A stretch of DNA of 30,913 nucleotides from a virus: positions 1 to 30,913 of the IMG/VR virus record IMGVR_UViG_3300043775_000620; one strand, written 5' to 3'. Of the stretch, positions 7,700 through 14,103 are shown piece by piece. Position 1 is the stretch's first letter. Every line of letters starts with the position of its first letter. The notes beneath the pieces are model-generated. The model made no database searches. It worked only from the letters and a program-made list of their open reading frames with translations, and was not told the origin of the DNA. A program made the translations under genes and the position numbers.

Positions 7700-8149
7700 T
7701 TAAAACGATATACTTAAACTTGATTTACGAATATTTTTTGAAACTTTTGTGACTTCTATACCATTTTCATCAAATATTAATTCTTTTGAATTGGTTGCTA
7801 CTTTTATTAATTCAGCACGTTGTTTTAATTTTTCTTGTAATTCAGCATATAACCAATCTTCAATATAATTTAAAGTTTCTCCACCATTGCGATACGTTCC
7901 TTTGATGCCGAATGCTTCGAAATTTTCCGCTGGTAAACTATTTTTAAGTTCATCAGTAACAATTGATAAAACCTCGTTTAATCTTACAGCCTGTGCGAAT
8001 AATTCAATTTTGTCAACTTCGCCAGCGTCTAAAATTTCGGTTGTAAATTTCTTTGCGGATAGTTGTAATTCCTTTTTAGTAGGTAAGAAGTTGTTAGTGT
8101 TTAACTCCTGTTGAGCCATTAGCTCGAATAATTGTTTTGATTTTCCCAT
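7700..8149 (-). CDS. Hypothetical protein (149 aa), recombination module
   Basis: Intact ORF directly upstream of erf. No signature recognised. Confidence 0.6.
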   Translation of the reverse strand: MGKSKQLFELMAQQELNTNNFLPTKKELQLSAKKFTTEILDAGEVDKIELFAQAVRLNEVLSIVTDELKNSLPAENFEAFGIKGTYRNGGETLNYIEDWLYAELQEKLKQRAELIKVATNSKELIFDENGIEVTKVSKNIRKSSLSISF

Positions 8150-8219
8150 GTTTTTTAAGTTTTAAATTTTGTCAAAGATACAAAATATATTATTATTTTA
8201 TACTTTTTTATGTAATATT

Positions 8220-8954
8220 TTAAAATAAATTTAACTGTTCTTTACCTTCATAAATATTTAATATGTGTTTATACAATTCAATAGGCACTTTTGAACGCTC
8301 GCAATAGTCTTTTTTATAAACTAAATCGTTTTTGTTTTTATCTATTGAACTATATGCTATTTTATTTTTATTATTTTTTATTTTATTTCTATTATTTTTT
8401 AATAATAACTTCCTATTGCTAAAAATATAAGTAGGTTTTAAAGAAAAATTTGAATCATAATTATCATAATATAAAAGATTTTTATAACCATTTAATTTGT
8501 TTATTTTATTAATATACTTAAATATTAAACTTGTAGCGCCATTTTCTACACACCATAAATTTGGGTTAAACTTTTTTATTATTTCCGCTGTATAAAAAGC
8601 TGTTTTTTGACCTAATAATCTATTTTTTCTGTGGTGTTTTGCAAAGTTATTTGGTTTAAAATTTTTTTGCCAATACAAATTATATTCATTGTAATTTCTT
8701 TTATAATATCTTACAATACAAATATTCATATTAACCCAAGTTTCGCAAGGTGGACTTGCAAAAATAATATCAGGTTTTGGTAATTTTTCTAATTTCTTTA
8801 AACAACTTCTTTTGCTTAAATCCATTTTAATAAAGTTATCAGTTACAGCTGATGAACTCGGTAAACCTATTGAATAAACAATATATTTATCTGAATTTAA
8901 TTGTTGAGTTATAGCTGTTTCAGAATCAAATAAACTCCATATTACTTTTTTCAT
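8220..8954 (-). CDS. Divergent, compact C5-cytosine DNA methyltransferase-like protein
   Basis: Motif IV-like PDIIFASPPCETW (Cys70), motif VI-like CVENG, and a motif I position reading SLFDSET (no GxG). At 244 aa there is no obvious target-recognition domain. The DNA is extremely AT-rich with a low-complexity N/K tract. Confidence 0.5.
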   Translation of the reverse strand: MKKVIWSLFDSETAITQQLNSDKYIVYSIGLPSSSAVTDNFIKMDLSKRSCLKKLEKLPKPDIIFASPPCETWVNMNICIVRYYKRNYNEYNLYWQKNFKPNNFAKHHRKNRLLGQKTAFYTAEIIKKFNPNLWCVENGATSLIFKYINKINKLNGYKNLLYYDNYDSNFSLKPTYIFSNRKLLLKNNRNKIKNNKNKIAYSSIDKNKNDLVYKKDYCERSKVPIELYKHILNIYEGKEQLNLF

Positions 8955-9064
8955 TTATTTTTTAATATTTTAAAATAAAGTTGATTTACTGATTCTTTAT
9001 TGCAACCTCTTTTATAGTAGAAGTTAATTACTCTTTTAATTCTTTGTAGTGGTGTTTGTTTCAT
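8951..9064 (-). CDS. Small basic hypothetical protein (37 aa)
   Basis: Hand translation gives MKQTPLQRIKRVINFYYKRGCNKESVNQLYFKILKNK. It fills the gap between the two methyltransferase genes, with an ATGA overlap at its 3' end. Confidence 0.3.
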   Translation of the reverse strand: MKQTPLQRIKRVINFYYKRGCNKESVNQLYFKILKNK

Positions 9065-9065
9065 T

Positions 9066-9875
9066 TTAAAATAAAGTTTCTTGTTTCTGATTAATTAATG
9101 TTTTTGCAAATCCATATTCTTCAATATCTTTTAGTTTCTGATATTCCTCATCAATCCAATGTGAAGATAATTTATGAAAATCTTTTTTAATTTCAAAACC
9201 AAAAGCACGCCTTTTCAATTCTTGTGCAGCTATTAAGGTGCTTCCACTTCCAGCGCAAGGGTCGATAACTACATCGCCTTCATCACTAAAAATTTTAATT
9301 AGATTTTTTAAAACTTCTTGCGGTTTTTGAGTAGGGTGTATTTTTTCGCTATTTGTATCACGAACCCAATCCATGCAATTAAAAATCATTTTACCTTTAT
9401 TATTAAATTTTGGTAATTTTTCACGATATAATATTAATGCATATTCGCAATTACCTACAACCTTCATATTAGCTTTTAAAACCTGTGCCGAGAAGTTTTT
9501 TCTAAATACTAAATTTATATAATGATTAAATCCGTATTTTTTAGCTTTTTCAATAAGTTCAAATTGTTGTTCAAATTCACAAAATACAATCATACAAGGA
9601 CTTTTGCCTTTTTCTTTTGGTTCTTTAATTAACATAGTTGAACAGAAATGTAAAAATTCTGTAATTCTAAAATCTTTATCAGTATCAAAAAATTCTTTCC
9701 CTGCAAGTTCACTTTCTCCATTTGAGTTATCTCCGTCTTTATACCATGCTGGATTACTTGCATAAGCGTTATTTCCTAAATTATAAGGTATATCTGCTAT
9801 TACAAGTTGCGCTTTTGGTATAGCGTATGTTTTAAAATTTTGGAAATGGTTGTTAAATATTTGTGCTTTTTTCAT
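9066..9875 (-). CDS. Beta-class N6-adenine/N4-cytosine DNA methyltransferase (N6_N4_Mtase-like)
   Basis: Motif IV variant ADIPYNLG near the N-terminus and the SAM motif VVIDPCAGSGST near the C-terminus (IV...I order). No adjacent restriction endonuclease. Confidence 0.85.
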   Translation of the reverse strand: MKKAQIFNNHFQNFKTYAIPKAQLVIADIPYNLGNNAYASNPAWYKDGDNSNGESELAGKEFFDTDKDFRITEFLHFCSTMLIKEPKEKGKSPCMIVFCEFEQQFELIEKAKKYGFNHYINLVFRKNFSAQVLKANMKVVGNCEYALILYREKLPKFNNKGKMIFNCMDWVRDTNSEKIHPTQKPQEVLKNLIKIFSDEGDVVIDPCAGSGSTLIAAQELKRRAFGFEIKKDFHKLSSHWIDEEYQKLKDIEEYGFAKTLINQKQETLF

Positions 9876-10030
9876 CTTTTTAAATCGTATTTAATTACTT
9901 CTTTTAGTTTTGGATCTGTATTATTTGCCACTTCAATAGCTTTCAATTTGCTGTCTTTTTGAATTTCGTAATAGGTCGGTATTCTTTTACCTACTGCTAC
10001 TATTGTTTTACGTTTGGATAATTTTCCCAT
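9872..10030 (-). CDS. Small hypothetical protein (52 aa)
   Basis: Hand translation gives MGKLSKRKTIVAVGKRIPTYYEIQKDSKLKAIEVANNTDPKLKEVIKYDLKR. Its stop overlaps the methyltransferase ATG (ATGA). Confidence 0.35.
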   Translation of the reverse strand: MGKLSKRKTIVAVGKRIPTYYEIQKDSKLKAIEVANNTDPKLKEVIKYDLKR

Positions 10031-10529
10031 ATTCTTTAAAATCTTCGTTAGTCCATTTTGTATAAAGCTTATCTTTAAGATATGTTTTTTTGTGTCTTAA
10101 ATTAGTAGCCACTTCTAAAATGTGAGGTCTTTTAATTTTTGGCTTTATTTCGTCTATTTTATTTTTTCTAATTGTTATAATGTTTGGTTTTGATAATCTT
10201 TTTACTTTAACTCTTGATGCATTGTAATCGTTAATTTCTTTTGTTTTTGCTTCTAAAAACTCATTTGATTTTTGAAGTAAAGACTTATCTTTATTTTGAT
10301 AGCATTCTAAAATCAATTTGAAATAAATATCATCTTTATAACTATTGTAAGTTCTTAAAATATAAAATATAGTGCTCCTATCTTTTTTAATTTTTTTAGC
10401 AATTTCTACAATACTCATATTTTCGATATTTTCTTTTGCATAAATAGCTCTTAAATAAATAAACAATTTGTCACGTTTATTTGTTGTTATGTCTATTCCG
10501 TAAAATTCTTTAATTTCAAATGGTGTCAT
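10008..10529 (-). CDS. DnaA domain-IV-like HTH DNA-binding protein
   Basis: KRDKLFIYLRAIYAKENIENMSIVEIAKKIKKDRSTIFYILRTY parallels the DnaA C-terminal pattern (R..aMYL....S..eIg....dHsTV). Confidence 0.45.
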   Translation of the reverse strand: MTPFEIKEFYGIDITTNKRDKLFIYLRAIYAKENIENMSIVEIAKKIKKDRSTIFYILRTYNSYKDDIYFKLILECYQNKDKSLLQKSNEFLEAKTKEINDYNASRVKVKRLSKPNIITIRKNKIDEIKPKIKRPHILEVATNLRHKKTYLKDKLYTKWTNEDFKEYGKIIQT

Positions 10530-10785
10530 CGTAATTCATTTTAGATTCGTAAATGTGGTAAGTTTCAATAATTGTTTTCTCAATAATAGTAGTATGCATT
10601 TTTCTTTGATATCCGTTACTATCCAAAATTAATTCCATTTGTTCTTTTGAGTAGTATGGGATTCGTGCCTTTCCTATATTTTGTTTATGTACTTCTTTTA
10701 TACCTAACTTATTAATTATTTTGTTTATTGAACTTCTATGCTTTTGAGCTTTATTAGCTATAAATTCAACTGTATAAAATTCCAT
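10516..10785 (-). CDS. Small HTH-like DNA-binding protein (89 aa)
   Basis: The N-terminal YTVEFIANKAQKHRSSINKIINKLGI resembles an excisionase/MerR-type HTH. Confidence 0.4.
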   Translation of the reverse strand: MEFYTVEFIANKAQKHRSSINKIINKLGIKEVHKQNIGKARIPYYSKEQMELILDSNGYQRKMHTTIIEKTIIETYHIYESKMNYDDTI

Positions 10786-11156
10786 TACTCTAATTCTAAA
10801 ATTTTCATTACTTCTTCAGGACGTTTAGCGTATTCTTTTATGATTAAATCCATTTGATGATAATCAGTTAAAACTCTTTTACTCATAGTTTCAAAAAGGT
10901 TTTCCATACTTTTAAAAATCTCATCTACTCTTTGAGTATCTACGTCGTCCATCTTTTCGAACTCTTTACGCTCTGCATTGATTAAAATGTTAATACAAGG
11001 CCTTAAAACTTCTTTTAAACGCCCTTTGTAATATTTACTATGTTTGAGTACTTCGTTACAATGTAAAGCGTACTGATTCGCTAAAACGCTTTTTGCTAAT
11101 GCTGTATTGAATATTACTTCTAAATATTCTTCTTGTGTCATTTCTTTAGTTTCCAT
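10785..11156 (-). CDS. Hypothetical helical protein (123 aa)
   Basis: Start moved to ATG 11156 (METKEMTQ), because the track's first 12 codons overlap the upstream small ORF. Confidence 0.6.
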   Translation of the reverse strand: METKEMTQEEYLEVIFNTALAKSVLANQYALHCNEVLKHSKYYKGRLKEVLRPCINILINAERKEFEKMDDVDTQRVDEIFKSMENLFETMSKRVLTDYHQMDLIIKEYAKRPEEVMKILELE

Positions 11157-11274
11157 TTTGTTTGTTTTTATAGTTCTCAAAAAACTGGTCAAGTAATATT
11201 ATTTCATTTGGTGTTAGCTCGTTAAATGATTTTCCGTTAACGAGCCATTTTCCGTTTATTAATTCAATTCGCAT
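11146..11274 (-). CDS. Small hypothetical protein (42 aa)
   Basis: Hand translation gives MRIELINGKWLVNGKSFNELTPNEIILLDQFFENYKNKQNGN. Both ends overlap neighbouring genes. Confidence 0.3.
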   Translation of the reverse strand: MRIELINGKWLVNGKSFNELTPNEIILLDQFFENYKNKQNGN

Positions 11275-11417
11275 ATCTCTCTTATTTTTACAAATGGGTT
11301 ATTATGTCTAAATCTTGCAAATGCTTCATCAAAAGATGCAGCTTCTATTATCTTCTCGCAATCTATACAATCGTCATTTTTATGGCGCCAGTAATATACT
11401 TTAAATTTTTTCATCAT
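11259..11417 (-). CDS. Small hypothetical protein (52 aa)
   Basis: Hand translation gives MMKKFKVYYWRHKNDDCIDCEKIIEAASFDEAFARFRHNNPFVKIREICELN. Its start overlaps the end of 11401..11619. Confidence 0.3.
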   Translation of the reverse strand: MMKKFKVYYWRHKNDDCIDCEKIIEAASFDEAFARFRHNNPFVKIREICELN

Positions 11418-11619
11418 TAAATAAATTATCTACGTTTTCAATTAGTGTTTTCTCTCCTGTTGTTTCTTGCATTAAAAATATAACGCTTTCAAATCTTAAG
11501 TTAGTCCAAGCGACTTCACTTTTCAATTCGCATATTACTTTTTTAGCTGTAAATCTGTAAGGGCAAGTTTTTAGTTTAGATCTATTTTCCTTGCTTAATT
11601 TTTTCCAAAGTGTTTTCAT
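11401..11619 (-). CDS. Hypothetical protein, tandem paralog B (72 aa)
   Basis: Shares MKTLW-x2-LSKEN and a central WTNL motif with the adjacent 73-aa ORF. Confidence 0.65.
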   Translation of the reverse strand: MKTLWKKLSKENRSKLKTCPYRFTAKKVICELKSEVAWTNLRFESVIFLMQETTGEKTLIENVDNLFNDEKI

Positions 11620-11620
11620 G

Positions 11621-11842
11621 TTATTTGTTGTAAAAAAGTCCGTATAAAAGTGTTATAAAATCTTTATCGTAAGCAGTTAAATCGTGAAGTATAGTGTTTG
11701 AAGTTGATACTGTTAAATTAGTCCAGCCATAATTGTTTTTTAATTCTTCAATAATATTTTCATATATTGAAGGATATTTTTTTTGGTTCTCTAATAAAAT
11801 TAATTGATTTTCTTTTGATAATCGTTCCCAAAGTGTTTTCAT
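11621..11842 (-). CDS. Hypothetical protein, tandem paralog A (73 aa)
   Basis: Shares MKTLW-x2-LSKEN and a central WTNL motif with the adjacent 72-aa ORF. Confidence 0.65.
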   Translation of the reverse strand: MKTLWERLSKENQLILLENQKKYPSIYENIIEELKNNYGWTNLTVSTSNTILHDLTAYDKDFITLLYGLFYNK

Positions 11843-11958
11843 TATTTTTTAGTTTTAAAGATTAATATTCCGCATATAATTAATGCGCCTGTCATTACAA
11901 TAAAATTATCGGTACTCATTCCGATAGTTGCAACTGATAAAAAGATAATTGTTTTCAT
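11842..11958 (-). CDS. Small hydrophobic peptide (38 aa), first gene of the leftward early operon
   Basis: Hand translation gives MKTIIFLSVATIGMSTDNFIVMTGALIICGILIFKTKK. Its ATG is 22 nt downstream of the -7 box at 11980..11987, and a TAATG overlap links it to the next gene. Confidence 0.35.
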   Translation of the reverse strand: MKTIIFLSVATIGMSTDNFIVMTGALIICGILIFKTKK

Positions 11959-11979
11959 GTTTTAAATATTTTGATATTG

Positions 11980-11987
11980 CAAATGTA
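11980..11987 (-). promoter_or_regulatory. Leftward early promoter -7 box (TACATTTG)
   Basis: TAnnTTTG match on the minus strand in the divergent intergenic region. Confidence 0.5.
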
Positions 11988-12034
11988 TAATGAAAAAACT
12001 TTATAAAAAATTTTTTTATTAAAAAAGTTATTTA

Positions 12035-12042
12035 TATATTTG
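12035..12042 (+). promoter_or_regulatory. Rightward promoter -7 box (TATATTTG) for the plus-strand island
   Basis: TAnnTTTG match on the plus strand, 22 nt before ATG 12064. Confidence 0.5.
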
Positions 12043-12063
12043 CAGAAATCAAAAATTAATTAT

Positions 12064-12267
12064 ATGAACTATTACAAATTTAAAAGAAGTAACAACGGAA
12101 CTTTGAAATTTATTATTAAAGTAAATCAAAAACACATTTCACCTAATGATGGTTGTGTTTACTATTCTGAAGAAGAAATAAATAATATAAAAGATTTTTT
12201 TGTAGTTGAAAAAATGCGAGTAGTAAAAAATGGTAAAACGTGGATTAATTCTAAAATAAAAAATTAA
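12064..12267 (+). CDS. Hypothetical protein (67 aa)
   Basis: ORF-track frame, with the start moved to ATG 12064 because the TTG at 12040 lies inside the putative -7 box. Confidence 0.55.
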   Translation: MNYYKFKRSNNGTLKFIIKVNQKHISPNDGCVYYSEEEINNIKDFFVVEKMRVVKNGKTWINSKIKN

Positions 12268-12270
12268 TAT

Positions 12271-12462
12271 ATGAAAATAACAACAGAAACAAAAGAGCAA
12301 TTGTACATCACCGAATTTAAAAATTCAGATGTATCTTTAGAACAATTATTTGATGCGTTTAAATCACACCTTGTGGCGTTAACTTGGCATCCTATTACGA
12401 TTCAACAATATATAATAGAATGGTCAAATGAATTAAAAGAAAATAACAATGAAAATAATTGA
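12271..12462 (+). CDS. Small acidic hypothetical protein (63 aa)
   Basis: Intact ORF starting 3 nt after the previous stop. Confidence 0.55.
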   Translation: MKITTETKEQLYITEFKNSDVSLEQLFDAFKSHLVALTWHPITIQQYIIEWSNELKENNNENN

Positions 12463-12562
12463 ATTTTTAAAACAACTATTTTGTAACCACAGATGGACTT
12501 ACAATTACAAAAAGAATTATTACAGATGTAAAGATTGTAAATTTAAAATTAATAAGATATGA
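12449..12562 (+). CDS. Small Cys/His-containing hypothetical protein (37 aa)
   Basis: Hand translation gives MKIIEFLKQLFCNHRWTYNYKKNYYRCKDCKFKINKI (CxH...CxxC). Both ends overlap neighbouring genes. Confidence 0.3.
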   Translation: MKIIEFLKQLFCNHRWTYNYKKNYYRCKDCKFKINKI

Positions 12563-12813
12563 AATATAAAATAATTTTTTTTAGTGCTTTTATAATTGAA
12601 ATATGCTCAACTTTTTACATTAAATATACGGCAGATAATAATATTATCGGTATGGTTGTGTTTGCTTTTATCGGGCCTTTTTTATCTTTGCCATTTATGG
12701 GTTATATGGTAGAAAGTAAAATTTGGAAAGAGAGAATTAAAATTACTTTTTGTATGGCATTGGGATATTCATTTGGGGCATTAATTGTAAACTATATAAT
12801 TAAAATTTTATAA
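12559..12813 (+). CDS. Small integral membrane protein (84 aa, about 3 TM segments)
   Basis: Hydrophobic stretches IIFFSAFIIEICSTFYI, IIGMVVFAFIGPFLSLPFMGYMV and ITFCMALGYSFGALIVNYII. Confidence 0.6.
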   Translation: MKYKIIFFSAFIIEICSTFYIKYTADNNIIGMVVFAFIGPFLSLPFMGYMVESKIWKERIKITFCMALGYSFGALIVNYIIKIL

Positions 12814-12814
12814 G

Positions 12815-13021
12815 ATGAACATATTAGAAAAACTAATTTCAGAAAATGCGAAAAATAAAAATCAATTCGCTAAACTTGTAGGTGAAACACCTCAAACAAT
12901 TAACGCACAGGTAAAGTCAAAGAATCCATTATTACCAGCGTACAATTACGCAAAAATTTTAGGTAAAAAAGAATTGAAAGGAAATGCAAACGGAGTAGAA
13001 ATACATTTGATATTTGGTTAA
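12815..13021 (+). CDS. Small XRE/Cro-like HTH protein (68 aa)
   Basis: KNQFAKLVGETPQTINAQVKS resembles a helix-turn-helix core. Confidence 0.45.
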   Translation: MNILEKLISENAKNKNQFAKLVGETPQTINAQVKSKNPLLPAYNYAKILGKKELKGNANGVEIHLIFG

Positions 13022-13157
13022 CGTTCCCACGCTTGGCGAAGGTGGCGATTTTAACCACGAATGCCAATGCGGAGAACGTAACTTGAATATAGCAGTAAAT
13101 GTCAAGCGGAGTACTGCACCGCCACTTTTGCCAAACGTGTGTTAACCGCTGTTTTTT
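13021..13157 (+). ncRNA. Candidate structured RNA element or leader of unknown class upstream of the RNA ligase
   Basis: Locally GC-rich non-coding stretch. A long irregular hairpin pairs 13021..13037 with 13063..13079. GCAGTA (13092..13097) pairs with TACTGC (13112..13117), interleaved with GCGG (13106..13109) pairing to CCGC (13119..13122). Several mutually exclusive pairings exist, and the element ends in a T6 run. Confidence 0.35.
13140..13155. repeat. Left arm of the 16-nt inverted repeat bracketing the ligase ORF (TGTTAACCGCTGTTTT)
   Basis: Reverse complement of 14102..14117 at 15 of 16 positions. Confidence 0.9.
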
Positions 13158-13182
13158 ATTAATCAAATTAAAATTTATAAAT

Positions 13183-14103
13183 ATGTTTAAAAAGTATCAA
13201 CATTTAGAAAGATTTGGAACTACAGAAGTTCAAAACATTGAATTAGGAGAATGTTATATATTCCCAAAAATTGACGGAACAAATGCAAGTGTATGGCTTC
13301 ATAACGGAGAAATACAAGCTGGAAGCCGAACACGTCATTTATCACTTGAAAAAGACAATGCTGGATTTTTAGATTGGGTTTTAAAACAAGAAAACTTATT
13401 AAATTATCTAAAAGAAAATCCAACACATAGACTTTTCGGAGAATGGCTTGTCCCACACTCTTTGAAAACTTACAGAAACGATGCTTGGAGAAAGTTTTAT
13501 GTTTTTGAAGTTGTAGAAGATAGATTAGAAAATGAATTGCAACACGAGAGCGATGAAAAATTTAACTATTTGCATTATAACGATTATAAGCCATTATTAG
13601 AGAAATACGAAATTGATTTTATACCGCCTATTGCTGTAATTAGAAATAGTAATTACGAACAAATAGTAAATCAATTAATGAAAAATGATTTTCTTATTGA
13701 AGATGGCAAAGGTTACGGAGAAGGAATTGTCTTAAAAAATTACGATTTTAAAAATAAATATGGTCGTAAAACTTGGGCTAAAATTGTAACAAGTGAGTTT
13801 AAAGAAAAACACGCTAAAGTTATGGGTAGAACAACTATTGAAGGTAAAAAAATGGTTGAAGAACTAATTGCTGAAAAATATGTTACAACTGCTTTTTGCG
13901 AAAAAGAGTTTGCAAAAATTGAAAGCGTTGATGGTTGGAGCAGTAAAATGATACCAAGATTATTGAATGTTATTTACTATGAAATTGTAAAAGAGGAATG
14001 CTGGAATTTTGTTAAAGAAAATCGTAACCCGACTATTAATTTTAAAACGCTTCAACATTTCGTTTTCGCTAAAGTTCGTGAAATATTACCGAACGTCTTT
14101 TAA
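13183..14103 (+). CDS. ATP-dependent RNA ligase, Rnl2-like (covalent nucleotidyltransferase superfamily)
   Basis: Motif I KIDGTN (Lys29), motif III-like LFGEWL, motif IV EGIVLK, motif V-like TWAKIV, and a helical C-terminal domain with no OB-fold-sized extension. Start set at ATG 13183; the track's upstream 28 codons lie in the structured non-coding region. Confidence 0.75.
   Translation: MFKKYQHLERFGTTEVQNIELGECYIFPKIDGTNASVWLHNGEIQAGSRTRHLSLEKDNAGFLDWVLKQENLLNYLKENPTHRLFGEWLVPHSLKTYRNDAWRKFYVFEVVEDRLENELQHESDEKFNYLHYNDYKPLLEKYEIDFIPPIAVIRNSNYEQIVNQLMKNDFLIEDGKGYGEGIVLKNYDFKNKYGRKTWAKIVTSEFKEKHAKVMGRTTIEGKKMVEELIAEKYVTTAFCEKEFAKIESVDGWSSKMIPRLLNVIYYEIVKEECWNFVKENRNPTINFKTLQHFVFAKVREILPNVF

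Noticed and set aside
8849-8855. CTGATGA, the hammerhead ribozyme core heptamer.
   Set aside because: It lies inside the methyltransferase-like CDS, with no flanking helices or a correctly placed GAAA box that I could draw. It is expected by chance.
5980-12267. Track start codons at 6675, 11192 and 12040 (TTG or other upstream starts).
   Set aside because: Each extension overlaps a promoter box or an upstream small ORF. A downstream ATG with a sensible N-terminus (MAKELPYF, METKEMTQ, MNYYKF) is available in each case.
13031-13108. Possible tRNA: GCTTGGC (13031..13037) pairs with GTCAAGC (13101..13107) as a 7-bp acceptor-like stem spanning 77 nt.
   Set aside because: No T-arm can be drawn: 13084..13088 does not pair with 13096..13100, and there is no TTCRA loop. 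Position 8 is not U, and no convincing anticodon arm exists. I treated the pairing as one of several alternatives within the structured element.
13099-13182. The ORF track extends the ligase ORF 28 codons upstream (MSSGVLHRHFCQTCVNRCFLLIKLKFIN...).
   Set aside because: The extension runs through the GC-rich self-complementary element and the inverted-repeat arm, and it begins at a non-ATG codon. A clean ATG at 13183 precedes the ligase motifs.
12900-13456. Minus-strand ORFs 12900..13166 and 13220..13456.
   Set aside because: They are antisense to the HTH gene, the structured region and the well-supported ligase ORF, and their sequences are low-complexity. They are shadow ORFs.
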